From positions 28,272,001 through 28,336,000 of the forward strand of contig OZ024747.1 in NCBI GenBank assembly GCA_964016885.1: a stretch of 64,000 nucleotides of DNA, given 5' to 3'. This DNA is from Eledone cirrhosa. Lineage: Eukaryota. The translations under genes and the position numbers were made by a program. Positions 13,501-27,165 of this stretch are shown here, one piece after another (positions within the stretch are counted from its first letter, which is position 1; each line of letters opens with the position of its first letter). Under the pieces are notes generated by a model, which was not told where the DNA came from, did no database searches, and saw nothing but the letters and a program-made list of their open reading frames with translations.

Positions 13501-16500
13501 CACTCAGTCTCCTCAATGCTACCTCCATAACCCAATATACTGCCAAATGTCACTCAGTCTCCTCAAAGCTACCTCCATAACCCAATATACTGCTAGATGT
13601 CACTCAGTCTCCTCAATGCTACCTCCATAACCCAATATACTGCCAAATGTCACTCAGTCTCCTCAATGCTACCTCCATAACCCAATATACTGCCAAATGT
13701 CACTCAGTCTCCTCAAAGCTACCTCCATAACCCAATATACTGCTAGATGTCACTCAGTCTCCTCAATGCTACCTCCATAACCCAATATACTGCCTAGATG
13801 TCACTCAGTCTCCTCAAAGCTACCTCCATAACCCAATATACTGCTAGATGTCACTCAGTCTCCCCAAAGCTACCTCCATAACCCAATATACTGCTAGATG
13901 TCACTCAGTCTCCTCAATGCTACCTCCATAACCCAATATACTGCCAAATGTCACTCAGTCTCCTCAATGCTACCTCCATAACCCAATATACTGCCAAATG
14001 TCACTCAGTCTCCTCAATGCTACCTCCATAACCCAATATACTGCCAAATGTCACTCAGTCTCCTCAATGCTACCTCCATAACCCAATATACTGCTAGATG
14101 TCACTCAGTCTCCTCAATGCTACCTCCATAACCCAATATACTGCCTAGATGTCACTCAGTCTCCTCAATGCTACCTCCATAACCCAATATACTGCTAGAT
14201 GTCACTCAGTCTCCTCAATGCTACCTCCATAACCCAATATACTGCCTAGATGTCACTCAGTCTCCTCAATGCTACCTCCATAACCCAATATACTGCAAGA
14301 TGTCACTCAGTCTCCTCAAAGCTACCTCCATAACCCAATATACTGCTAGATGTCACTCAGTCTCCTCAAAGCTACCTCCATAACCCAATATACTGCCAAA
14401 TGTCACTCAGTCTCCTCAAAGCTACCTCCATAACCCAATATACTGCTAGATGTCACTCAGTCTCCTCAAAGCTACCTCCATAACCCAATATACTGCCAAA
14501 TGTCACTCAGTCTCCTCAATGCTACCTCCATAACCCAATATACTGCTAGATGTCACTCAGTCTCCTCAAAGCTACCTCCATAACCCAATATACTGCTAGA
14601 TGTCACTCAGTCTCCTCAATGCTACCTCCATAACCCAATATACTGCCAAGATGTCACTCAGTCTCCTCAAAGCTACCTCCATAACCCAATATACTGCTAG
14701 ATGTCACTCAGTCTCCTCAATGCTACCTCCATAACCCAATATACTGCTAGATGTCACTCAGTCTCCTCAATGCTACCTCCATAACCCAATATACTGCTAG
14801 ATGTCACTCAGTCTCCTCAAAGCTACCTCCATAACCCAATATACTGCTAGATGTCACTCAGTCTCCTCAATGCTACCTCCATAACCCAATATACTGCTAG
14901 ATGTCACTCAGTCTCCTCAATGCTACCTCCATAACCCAATATACTGCCAAATGTCACTCAGTCTCCCCAAAGCTACCTCCATAACCCAATATACTGCTAG
15001 ATGTCACTCAGTCTCCCCAAAGCTACCTCCATAACCCAATATACTGCTAGATGTCACTCAGTCTCCTCAAAGCTACCTCCATAACCCAATATACTGCTAG
15101 ATGTCACTCAGTCTCCTCAATGCTACCTCCATAACCCAATATACTGCCAAATGTCACTCAGTCTCCCCAAAGCTACCTCCATAACCCAATATACTGCTAG
15201 ATGTCACTCAGTCTCCTCAAAGCTACCTCCATAACCCAATATACTGCTAGATGTCACTCAGTCTCCTCAAAGCTACCTCCATAACCCAATATACTGCTAG
15301 ATGTCACTCAGTCTCCTCAAAGCTACCTCCATAACCCAATATACTGCTAGATGTCACTCAGTCTCCTCAATGCTACCTCCATAACCCAATATACTGCTAG
15401 ATGTCACTCAGTCTCCTCAATGCTACCTCCATAACCCAATATACTGCCAAATGTCACTCAGTCTCCCCAAAGCTACCTCCATAACCCAATATACTGCTAG
15501 ATGTCACTCAGTCTCCCCAAAGCTACCTCCATAACCCAATATACTGCTAGATGTCACTCAGTCTCCTCAAAGCTACCTCCATAACCCAATATACTGCTAG
15601 ATGTCACTCAGTCTCCTCAATGCTACCTCCATAACCCAATATACTGCCAAATGTCACTCAGTCTCCCCAAAGCTACCTCCATAACCCAATATACTGCTAG
15701 ATGTCACTCAGTCTCCTCAAAGCTACCTCCATAACCCAATATACTGCTAGATGTCACTCAGTCTCCCCAAAGCTACCTCCATAACCCAATATACTGCTAG
15801 ATGTCACTCAGTCTCCTCAAAGCTACCTCCATAACCCAATATACTGCTAGATGTCACTCAGTCTCCTCAATGCTACCTCCATAACCCAATATACTGCTAG
15901 ATGTCACTCAGTCTCCTCAATGCTACCTCCATAACCCAATATACTGCCAAATGTCACTCAGTCTCCTCAAAGCTACCTCCATAACCCAATATACTGCTAG
16001 ATGTCACTCAGTCTCCTCAATGCTACCTCCATAACCCAATATACTGCCAAATGTCACTCAGTCTCCTCAAAGCTACCTCCATAACCCAATATACTGCTAG
16101 ATGTCACTCAGTCTCCTCAATGCTACCTCCATAACCCAATATACTGCTAGATGTCACTCAGTCTCCTCAAAGCTACCTCCATAACCCAATATACTGCTAG
16201 ATGTCACTCAGTCTCCTCAATGCTACCTCCATAACCCAATATACTGCCAAATGTCACTCAGTCTCCTCAATGCTACCTCCATAACCCAATATACTGCTAG
16301 ATGTCACTCAGTCTCCTCAATGCTACCTCCATAACCCAATATACTGCTAGATGTCACTCAGTCTCCTCAATGCTACCTCCATAACCCAATATACTGCTAG
16401 ATGTCACTCAGTCTCCTCAATGCTACCTCCATAACCCAATATACTGCCAAATGTCACTCAGTCTCCTCAATGCTACCTCCATAACCCAATATACTGCTAG

Positions 16501-19500
16501 ATGTCACTCAGTCTCCTCAATGCTACCTCCATAACCCAATATACTGCTAGATGTCACTCAGTCTCCTCAATGCTACCTCCATAACCCAATATACTGCTAG
16601 ATGTCACTCAGTCTCCTCAATGCTACCTCCATAACCCAATATACTGCTAGATGTCACTCAGTCTCCTCAATGCTACCTCCATAACCCAATATACTGCTAG
16701 ATGTCACTCAGTCTCCTCAATGCTACCTCCATAACCCAATATACTGCTAGATGTCACTCAGTCTCCTCAATGCTACCTCCATAACCCAATATACTGCTAG
16801 ATGTCACTCAGTCTCCTCAAAGCTACCTCCATAACCCAATATACTGCTAGATGTCACTCAGTCTCCTCAATGCTACCTCCATAACCCAATATACTGCTAG
16901 ATGTCACTCAGTCTCCTCAATGCTACCTCCATAACCCAATATACTGCTAGATGTCACTCAGTCTCCTCAATGCTACCTCCATAACCCAATATACTGCCAA
17001 ATGTCACTCAGTCTCCTCAATGCTACCTCCATAACCCAATATACTGCTAGATGTCACTCAGTCTCCTCAATGCTACCTCCATAACCCAATATACTGCTAG
17101 ATGTCACTCAGTCTCCTCAATGCTACCTCCATAACCCAATATACTGCTAGATGTCACTCAGTCTCCTCAATGCTACCTCCATAACCCAATATACTGCTAG
17201 ATGTCACTCAGTCTCCTCAATGCTACCTCCATAACCCAATATACTGCTAGATGTCACTCAGTCTCCTCAATGCTACCTCCATAACCCAATATACTGCTAG
17301 ATGTCACTCAGTCTCCTCAAAGCTACCTCCATAACCCAATATACTGCCAAATGTCACTCAGTCTCCTCAAAGCTACCTCCATAACCCAATATACTGCTAG
17401 ATGTCACTCAGTCTCCCCAAAGCTACCTCCATAACCCAATATACTGCTAGATGTCACTCAGTCTCCTCAATGCTACCTCCATAACCCAATATACTGCCAA
17501 ATGTCACTCAGTCTCCTCAATGCTACCTCCATAACCCAATATACTGCCAAATGTCACTCAGTCTCCTCAATGCTACCTCCATAACCCAATATACTGCCAA
17601 ATGTCACTCAGTCTCCTCAATGCTACCTCCATAACCCAATATACTGCTAGATGTCACTCAGTCTCCTCAATGCTACCTCCATAACCCAATATACTGCTAG
17701 ATGTCACTCAGTCTCCTCAATGCTACCTCCATAACCCAATATACTGCTAGATGTCACTCAGTCTCCTCAATGCTACCTCCATAACCCAATATACTGCTAG
17801 ATGTCACTCAGTCTCCTCAATGCTACCTCCATAACCCAATATACTGCTAGATGTCACTCAGTCTCCTCAATGCTACCTCCATAACCCAATATACTGCTAG
17901 ATGTCACTCAGTCTCCTCAATGCTACCTCCATAACCCAATATACTGCTAGATGTCACTCAGTCTCCTCAATGCTACCTCCATAACCCAATATACTGCTAG
18001 ATGTCACTCAGTCTCCTCAATGCTACCTCCATAACCCAATATACTGCTAGATGTCACTCAGTCTCCTCAATGCTACCTCCATAACCCAATATACTGCTAG
18101 ATGTCACTCAGTCTCCCCAAAGCTACCTCCATAACCCAATATACTGCCAAATGTCACTCAGTCTCCTCAATGCTACCTCCATAACCCAATATACTGCCAA
18201 ATGTCACTCAGTCTCCTCAATGCTACCTCCATAACCCAATATACTGCTAGATGTCACTCAGTCTCCTCAATGCTACCTCCATAACCCAATATACTGCTAG
18301 ATGTCACTCAGTCTCCTCAATGCTACCTCCATAACCCAATATACTGCTAGATGTCACTCAGTCTCCTCAATGCTACCTCCATAACCCAATATACTGCTAG
18401 ATGTCACTCAGTCTCCCCAAAGCTACCTCCATAACCCAATATACTGCCAAATGTCACTCAGTCTCCCCAATGCTACCTCCATAACCCAATATACTGCCAA
18501 ATGTCACTCAGTCTCCTCAATGCTACCTCCATAACCCAATATACTGCTAGATGTCACTCAGTCTCCTCAATGCTACCTCCATAACCCAATATACTGCCAA
18601 ATGTCACTCAGTCTCCCCAATGCTACCTCCATAACCCAATATACTGCCAAATGTCACTCAGTCTCCCCAAAGCTACCTCCATAACCCAATATACTGCTAG
18701 ATGTCACTCAGTCTCCTCAATGCTACCTCCATAACCCAATATACTGCCAAATGTCACTCAGTCTCCTCAATGCTACCTCCATAACCCAATATACTGCTAG
18801 ATGTCACTCAGTCTCCTCAATGCTACCTCCATAACCCAATATACTGCTAGATGTCACTCAGTCTCCTCAATGCTACCTCCATAACCCAATATACTGCTAG
18901 ATGTCACTCAGTCTCCTCAATGCTACCTCCATAACCCAATATACTGCTAGATGTCACTCAGTCTCCTCAAAGCTACCTCCATAACCCAATATACTGCTAG
19001 ATGTCACTCAGTCTCCTCAATGCTACCTCCATAACCCAATATACTGCTAGATGTCACTCAGTCTCCTCAATGCTACCTCCATAACCCAATATACTGCTAG
19101 ATGTCACTCAGTCTCCTCAAAGCTACCTCCATAACCCAATATACTGCTAGATGTCACTCAGTCTCCTCAATGCTACCTCCATAACCCAATATACTGCTAG
19201 ATGTCACTCAGTCTCCTCAATGCTACCTCCATAACCCAATATACTGCTAGATGTCACTCAGTCTCCTCAATGCTACCTCCATAACCCAATATACTGCTAG
19301 ATGTCACTCAGTCTCCTCAAAGCTACCTCCATAACCCAATATACTGCTAGATGTCACTCAGTCTCCTCAATGCTACCTCCATAACCCAATATACTGCTAG
19401 ATGTCACTCAGTCTCCTCAATGCTACCTCCATAACCCAATATACTGCTAGATGTCACTCAGTCTCCTCAAAGCTACCTCCATAACCCAATATACTGCTAG

Positions 19501-21790
19501 ATGTCACTCAGTCTCCTCAATGCTACCTCCATAACCCAATATACTGCTAGATGTCACTCAGTCTCCTCAATGCTACCTCCATAACCCAATATACTGCTAG
19601 ATGTCACTCAGTCTCCTCAATGCTACCTCCATAACCCAATATACTGCCAAATGTCACTCAGTCTCCTCAATGCTACCTCCATAACCCAATATACTGCTAG
19701 ATGTCACTCAGTCTCCTCAATGCTACCTCCATAACCCAATATACTGCCAAATGTCACTCAGTCTCCTCAATGCTACCTCCATAACCCAATATACTGCCAG
19801 ATGTCACTCAGTCTCCTCAATGCTACCTCCATAACCCAATATACTGCTAGATGTCACTCAGTCTCCCCAAAGCTACCTCCATAACCCAATATACTGCCAA
19901 ATGTCACTCAGTCTCCTCAATGCTACCTCCATAACCCAATATACTGCTAGATGTCACTCAGTCTCCTCAATGCTACCTCCATAACCCAATATACTGCTAG
20001 ATGTCACTCAGTCTCCTCAATGCTACCTCCATAACCCAATATACTGCCAAATGTCACTCAGTCTCCTCAATGCTACCTCCATAACCCAATATACTGCTAG
20101 ATGTCACTCAGTCTCCCCAAAGCTACCTCCATAACCCAATATACTGCCAAATGTCACTCAGTCTCCTCAATGCTACCTCCATAACCCAATATACTGCTAG
20201 ATGTCACTCAGTCTCCTCAATGCTACCTCCATAACCCAATATACTGCTAGATGTCACTCAGTCTCCTCAATGCTACCTCCATAACCCAATATACTGCTAG
20301 ATGTCACTCAGTCTCCTCAAAGCTACCTCCATAACCCAATATACTGCCAAATGTCACTCAGTCTCCTCAATGCTACCTCCATAACCCAATATACTGCTAG
20401 ATGTCACTCAGTCTCCTCAATGCTACCTCCATAACCCAATATACTGCCAAATGTCACTCAGTCTCCTCAATGCTACCTCCATAACCCAATATACTGCTAG
20501 ATGTCACTCAGTCTCCTCAATGCTACCTCCATAACCCAATATACTGCTAGATGTCACTCAGTCTCCTCAAAGCTACCTCCATAACCCAATATACTGCTAG
20601 ATGTCACTCAGTCTCCCCAAAGCTACCTCCATAACCCAATATACTGCTAGATGTCACTCAGTCTCCTCAATGCTACCTCCATAACCCAATATACTGCCAA
20701 ATGTCACTCAGTCTCCTCAATGCTACCTCCATAACCCAATATACTGCTAGATGTCACTCAGTCTCCTCAATGCTACCTCCATAACCCAATATACTGCTAG
20801 ATGTCACTCAGTCTCCTCAATGCTACCTCCATAACCCAATATACTGCTAGATGTCACTCAGTCTCCTCAATGCTACCTCCATAACCCAATATACTGCTAG
20901 ATGTCACTCAGTCTCCTCAAAGCTACCTCCATAACCCAATATACTGCTAGATGTCACTCAGTCTCCCCAAAGCTACCTCCATAACCCAATATACTGCTAG
21001 ATGTCACTCAGTCTCCTCAATGCTACCTCCATAACCCAATATACTGCTAGATGTCACTCAGTCTCCCCAAAGCTACCTCCATAACCCAATATACTGCTAG
21101 ATGTCACTCAGTCTCCCCAAAGCTACCTCCATAACCCAATATACTGCTAGATGTCACTCAGTCTCCTCAATGCTACCTCCATAACCCAATATACTGCCAA
21201 ATGTCACTCAGTCTCCTCAAAGCTACCTCCATAACCCAATATACTGCCAAATGTCACTCAGTCTCCTCAATGCTACCTCCATAACCCAATATACTGCCAA
21301 ATGTCACTCAGTCTCCTCAATGCTACCTCCATAACCCAATATACTGCCAAATGTCACTCAGTCTCCCCAAAGCTACCTCCATAACCCAATATACTGCCAA
21401 ATGTCACTCAGTCTCCTCAATGCTACCTCCATAACCCAATATACTGCCAAATGTCACTCAGTCTCCTCAATGCTACCTCCATAACCCAATATACTGCCAA
21501 ATGTCACTCAGTCTCCTCAATGCTACCTCCATAACCCAATATACTGCTAGATGTCACTCAGTCTCCTCAAAGCTACCTCCATAACCCAATATACTGCTAG
21601 ATGTCACTCAGTCTCCCCAAAGCTACCTCCATAACCCAATATACTGCTAGATGTCACTCAGTCTCCTCAAAGCTACCTCCATAACCCAATATACTGCTAG
21701 ATGTCACTCAGTCTCCCCAAAGCTACCTCCATAACCCAATATACTGCTAGATGTCACTCAGTCTCCTCAATGCTACCTCCATAACCCAAT
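1517..21790. repeat. Tandem satellite array, 50-bp unit, ~405 copies
   Basis: Unit atgtcactcagtctcctcaatgctacctccataacccaatatactgctag repeats head-to-tail. Recurrent variants are ctag/ccaa, tgct/agct and ctcctc/ctcccc. Confidence 0.99.
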
Positions 21791-23039
21791 GCTTACTCTC
21801 CCCTACCATCTCCCACTGTGGGATGACCTCCTTCCTCAACAGACAAAATATAGCTTACTCACCCATCTCTTATATTACACCTCAACTCACTTGCAAGTGC
21901 GAACCCTGCAAGATGGAATGGCTGTTCCAGCACATCTCCCTCACCATCCTCTAAGGCAATGTCTTTTTCATCCAGTCAGCTGGGACCACATGGTGTACTG
22001 ACCCTTAAGTTTCATTTATGGTGGTGGCATATGGAATAAATTTTCTTAAACTTTAGCAACATAGATTCCTTCAAGAATTTGTCTTGAATCAATTATGATA
22101 CACTAACATCTTAACTAATGAAATACTTTCACCATTGCCTTCCTGGCCAGGCCAAGGACTCAACAAGCACCCTGGTGTTGTAATGGAATAGTGTTGGTGC
22201 CATGATAAAATACAGACAGGCAACTTTAGAATGTGGTGGTGTTGGTGCTACAATAAAAAGCACCTAGTCCATCTTGTAAGATGGTAATGCTGGTGCCATG
22301 ATGAAATGCACATAGTACATGTGGCAAAATGTTTGGCATTATAAAAGGCATTTAGCTGCAGAAACCATACCAAAAACATATGAGCAAGGCATGGTCACCT
22401 GTCCTGTCTAACCTCAGAATATAATAATCCATCTAACCCATGCCAGCATGGAAAATAAATGTGAAATGGTAATCATCATCGTCACCATTTAACATCCATT
22501 TTCCACGCTAACATGGGTTAGACAGGTTTCCCCATTGAGACAAGCCAGGTCCGATGACCTTGACTTGCATACACTGGACTGGTTTTGGCTTGGTTTCTAC
22601 GATTGGATGCCCTTCTTAACACCAACCACATTCTGTATTACTGCATAACACCAGAGATTTCTGTGCTGTGTCATTGCCTTCAAGAGGTGCAATTGTGCAA
22701 GGTCAGCTTTTATCACCTGATCCCAAGTCTTCCTAGCTCCATTTTGCTTACATATATTCCGATGCTCTAAGTGCATTTTATTGTGGCACCAGGGTGGTTA
22801 TGTTTATTGTTACACCAGCACCAGAGTGGTTATGTTTATTGATACAGCTGGAGTTTTCATGGTCCTTTGTTTGGTAGGGTTTATATGGCTGGATGTCCTC
22901 CCTATCATCAACCATTTTACAGAGTGTACTAGGTGTATATATTGTGTAGATCACTAACATTATGTATTGTGTAGATCACTAACATCATGTCTTTGACACA
23001 ACTGAAAAGTTCACCTCAACCTTTGTTTGACAATTTATT

Positions 23040-23640
23040 TATGGCTGGGTGTCCTTCCTGTTATCAACTACTTTACAGATCAATGACATGAGAGGAGTTG
23101 TCATGCCCTTAGCACAAGGGAAGAGTCCTCTTGACCCCCTTTGGGCATGGTTTCAACAGCAGGGTGCTCTTCTTATTGTCAACTACTTTACAGGGTGTGC
23201 AAAATTCATGTCACTAGTCCTTGTGGTTTTTGTCATCTTTGTCAGCTTCCTAAGGTTGGCCTTCACAACTTCATCCCATATTTTCCTGGGTCTGTTTCTT
23301 CCCCAAGTCTCAACTGAGATTTCTCTGCATTTCTTTATATAGTTCTCATCTTCCATATGCATCACATGTCCATACAAATGCAATCTTCTCTCCTGCATGC
23401 TATATCCAATTTCTCTTTTACAAGTTTTTTCTCACAGCTTACTTATGCTACATCATTCATACACATTAACATTATACATCCATTGAAGCATATTCACTTC
23501 ATTTCTTTCTAGCCTTCACAGGTTTTCTGTAATCAAGGTTCGTATCTCACTGACATGTGGCATTGCAGTTTGCATGCTCCCATCATATAATCAACCCTTT
23601 ATTCTGAGGGAGAAAGCCTATGTTGTCAGCACAAGTATTG
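23040..23640 (-). mobile_element. Old, degraded RTE-clade LINE 3' fragment
   Basis: Minus-strand peptide QERRLHLYGHVMHMED...GRNRPRKIWDEVV matches the RTE C-terminal RLRWYGHV...GRPRKTW motif. Confidence 0.75.
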
Positions 23641-24479
23641 ACTGTGTTGAGATTTGAACTCTAAAATGATGCAAAGCATTTTATTTGATAATTTAATGAC
23701 TCTGACAATCCTTTGGTCTTATCTCACTAACATTAGCACAAGGCCTGACATTTTAGCAGGGAGAGAAGACTATCAACCCCTGTTCTTGACTATTATATAT
23801 TTCATTGACCATGGAAGGATGAAAGTAAAGTTTCAATTGTGAGATTTGAATTCAGAACATGAAGGTATGCAACTAAATACTGCAAGGTATTTTGTCTGCT
23901 GCTTTAATGATACTGCCAATTCACTATTCTTCAAGCAATAATAATAATGATTTCTTTTTTAGCCTCAAGGACTTGCACATAGAATACAGTTAATATTATA
24001 AACATAAGGGTTACTACAATACATGTGGGGCTGGACAGAGAGTTGTCTTTTTTTTTAAATGAGAGAAGGGACAAGGATGTTTTATAGACAGATTAATTTG
24101 ATAAAATATGAAAAAGTATAAAATAATTATAAAACAATAATTAACACAAGATATGATATAAAGCATAAAAGCATTAAGGACTATCCACCCACATACAAGT
24201 GGGAACCTATTAAAGTCAAGTCAGACCACCTCACATTTCTGATTACCCTTCATGAATTATACTTATTAGGGATCACCAAAATTCCTCGTACTTTATCTCT
24301 TTATATACTTCTTTTGTTCATTAGACTAAGTCTATCATCTGGGATCTTACAGTAGCAATCCTTTATTTCTGAGGCCATCTATGTATTATGTCAGTTATCC
24401 TCCTCCTTTTCATACATTTTGTTTAGCAGCCCAGTGTTATTGGATCTGATGAGCATGTATTTCAGGGAATCATGTTTAA

Positions 24480-26036
24480 CCCTTTAGCATTTACATTACT
24501 CTCATCATCATCATCATCGTTTAACGTTCATATTCCACGCTTGCATGAGTTTGGACGGGAGTTTTCCCACTTGAGGCAAGAGTGGTTGTCTTGCTCGCAT
24601 AGGACTGTCTAGCGGGTTTTCTACGGCTGGATGCCCTTCCTAACACCAACCACATTTACAGTGTGGAACTGGGAGGTTTTTACCGTGTTACCTACACGGC
24701 CACATTACAGTGTGGACTGTGTGTTTTTTTTTGTTGCGACACCTACACGACCATTTGTTTAGGACTGGATGTTGTGGTACCAACATAACTTTACATTGAA
24801 GGGGCGGTGTGGATGGGGTGGGGGTAGTGGGACGGGGGTGTATTTTGTTAGAGGTGCCTACTGACTGTAGTAGGTTTTACTTTGTATTTAGGTAAGGCGG
24901 GTCTTCTCTATTTACTGAGTACCGCCAAAGATCTCGGTCCAGTGACATTGTCTTGGAGAGGTGTAAGTGTGTGAGGTCGGAATTTATCAAGTCGTCCCAG
25001 GTTTTTCTGGGTCTGCCTACTCCGTGGCTACCGTCTATTTTTATTGCCCTGCACTTTTTTATACAGCTGTCGTCTTTCATGCGCATCACGTGACCATACC
25101 AACGTAGCCTTCTCTCGAGTAAACACCATCTGATCCCTCTTATTTCTAATTTTTCCCTTAGTTCGTTAATGCTCTGCCGTTCACGTATATTACTATTACA
25201 CATCCAGCGGAGCATGCAAGCTTCGTTCCTCTCTAGTCTGCGTATATCCTCTGCACACAATGCCCAGGTCTCACTGCCATGCAACATTGCTGTTCGTATG
25301 CAGGCATCATACAGCCTGCCTTTCAATTTTAGAGAGAACCCTTTAGCGGCTAATAGTGGTATAAGCTCTCTGAACTTTTTCCATCCAGTTCTGACTCTAG
25401 CTACTGTACTTTCAGAGCACCCTCCCCCCACTGCTGATTTTGTCACCCAGGTAACGGAAGCTGTCCACTATTTCTATAGAACCCTCTGTGCAATTGAAAG
25501 AGCTAGTATTTTGTGGGCACTTGCTGCTACTTATTGCACCAGAGCACCGGCCACATGTAAAATCTATGTTCTTAGTTAGCTTACCTGTGATCCCACTACA
25601 TCTTTTATGCACCCATACTTTGCATTTGGGACATAAAATGGAGTTTCTACCTACTCCTTTCCTACACACTGAGCATGGCCATTTCCCGGATGGGACCGGC
25701 GCCCAATTTTCCTTCCTACAAACTAGAACTTTAGTCTTAGCCAGGTTAATTTTAAGGCCTTTTGATTCTAGGCCGTGCTTCCATGTTTGGAATTTCTTCT
25801 CTAGTTTGACCATTGATTCAGCTATGAGCGTTAGATCATCTGGCTGCTCTATATATACTATTGTATTTTGTGGTAAAGGCATAAACTCACATAATATCTC
25901 ACATAATATGAAATCTATGAGATTTTGATATTATTTATTTTGAGAACCATACCTTAACATCAGTATGAGCAGCCAGTTTGAATAGAAAGAGGTGAGAGAA
26001 TTCTGGCCAGATATAGCCGGTTTAAATGCTAAAGCG
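24480..26036. mobile_element. piggyBac-like MITE (~200 bp) split by an RTE insertion
   Basis: TTAA|CCCTTTAGCATTTA at the left end and TAAATGCTAAAGCG|TTAG at the right. Segments 24480-24502 and 25847-26036 rejoin to match the reverse complement of the intact copy at 35253-35454. Confidence 0.8.
24503..25842 (-). mobile_element. 5'-truncated RTE-clade LINE (RT C-terminal half with internal Cys-rich insert, 3'UTR and (GAT)n tail)
   Basis: ORFs read DDLTLIAES...CSVC...CPKC..WVHKRC and ...HGSETW...RLRWYGHVMR...GRPRKTW with one frameshift. A (cat)n tail lies at 24503-24518. Confidence 0.9.
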
Positions 26037-26176
26037 TTAGTAATAATAATAATAATGGTCTCTGATTTAGGCACAAGGCCAGTAATTTTTGAGGGGAGAG
26101 GAAAGTCAATTAAATCGGCCCCAGTGCATTACTGGTGCTTTATTTTATACCTTAATAATAATAATAATAATAATAA

Positions 26177-26560
26177 CCAGATTTTATTGTCAAAAATCAC
26201 AAAGAAAAAAATGCCTTCTAATAGATGTATCAATTCCCACAGATGACAATATATCTTCCAAGGAAATTGAGAAACTCTCCAAATATAAAGATCTAGAGAT
26301 AGAAATAACTCAAATGTGGAAAATGAAAACAGAAACAATACCTATAATAATAGGTGCTCTGGGAATTATAAAAAGACAGACAAATACATAACCCAAACCC
26401 CAGGACTTACAAATATATACAACATACAAAATATAGCACTACTAGACATATTACGAAAAGTACTATCAATACAATAGAAACATCATCAGCAAAAACTACA
26501 CTGCTTATACTCAAGGTGCACAGAGCTGTGCTCGATAAAGCAATAATGATGCACAATAAA
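26177..26560 (+). mobile_element. R4/Dong-like non-LTR retrotransposon 3' fragment (restriction-like endonuclease)
   Basis: PD...KKCLLIDVSIPTDDNISSKEIEKLSKYKDLEIEITQMWKMKTETIPIIIGALG, flanked by (TAA)n tracts. Confidence 0.75.
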
Positions 26561-26581
26561 AATAGTGATGATAATAATAAT

Positions 26582-26765
26582 AATTGTTTATACTTTAGGC
26601 ACAAGACCAGCAAATACCCAGTGCATTACTGGTACTTTATTTTATCGACCCCATAAGGATGAAAGGCAAAGTCAACCTCGGCGGGATTTGAACTCAGATC
26701 ATAAAGGGACGTAACTATGCTGGAAAGCATGGCGTCCGACACTCTACTGATACTGCCAATCCACC
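26582..26765 (-). mobile_element. tRNA-derived SINE (Deu/Nin-like core)
   Basis: Reverse complement is nearly identical to the copy at 60117-60297. Confidence 0.85.
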
Positions 26766-27076
26766 GATGATGATAATAATAATATGTGGTGTAATGGTAT
26801 TAATCAAGAAAATATTAACAATTTAACAATAAACTTGTTTATATTTATGTATATATTCTTTTGATGGTTATTACTGTGTGTAATATATTTCTTCTTTTTC
26901 TTCCAGCTGGAATTGCTCATTCTTTGCCGATGAGTGAAAACTGAAAAGTGGAATATCACAGTAGGGTATCATTGTTATATTGAGGATATATACCACAGCA
27001 GGTCATTGTTATATTGAGGAGAGATATACTACAGGTCATTGTTATAATGAAGAGATATTGCACAGTACATTATTGT

Positions 27077-27165
27077 TTGCCTTTCATCCTTACGGGGTCG
27101 ATAAAATAAAGTACCAGTAATGCACTGGATAATTGCTGGCCTTGTGCCTAAAGTAGAAACAATTG
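27077..27165 (+). mobile_element. 5'-truncated copy of the same SINE
   Basis: ttgcctttcatccttacggggtcgataaaataaagtaccag...gtagaaacaatt matches the 3' half of the SINE. Confidence 0.8.

Noticed and set aside
1517-21790. Satellite as a CRISPR array or a repetitive protein-coding exon
   Set aside because: There are no unique spacers and no cas genes. The 50-bp unit is not a multiple of 3 and continuous reading hits stops; the listed ORFs arise only at indel errors.
24440-24480. CTGATGAG as another hammerhead core
   Set aside because: No properly placed GAAA or stem III follows.
25820-25850. Two RTE copies (here and at 54541) both 5'-truncated near the YADD codons
   Set aside because: Only two cases, with breakpoints ~15 nt apart, so this cannot be distinguished from chance.
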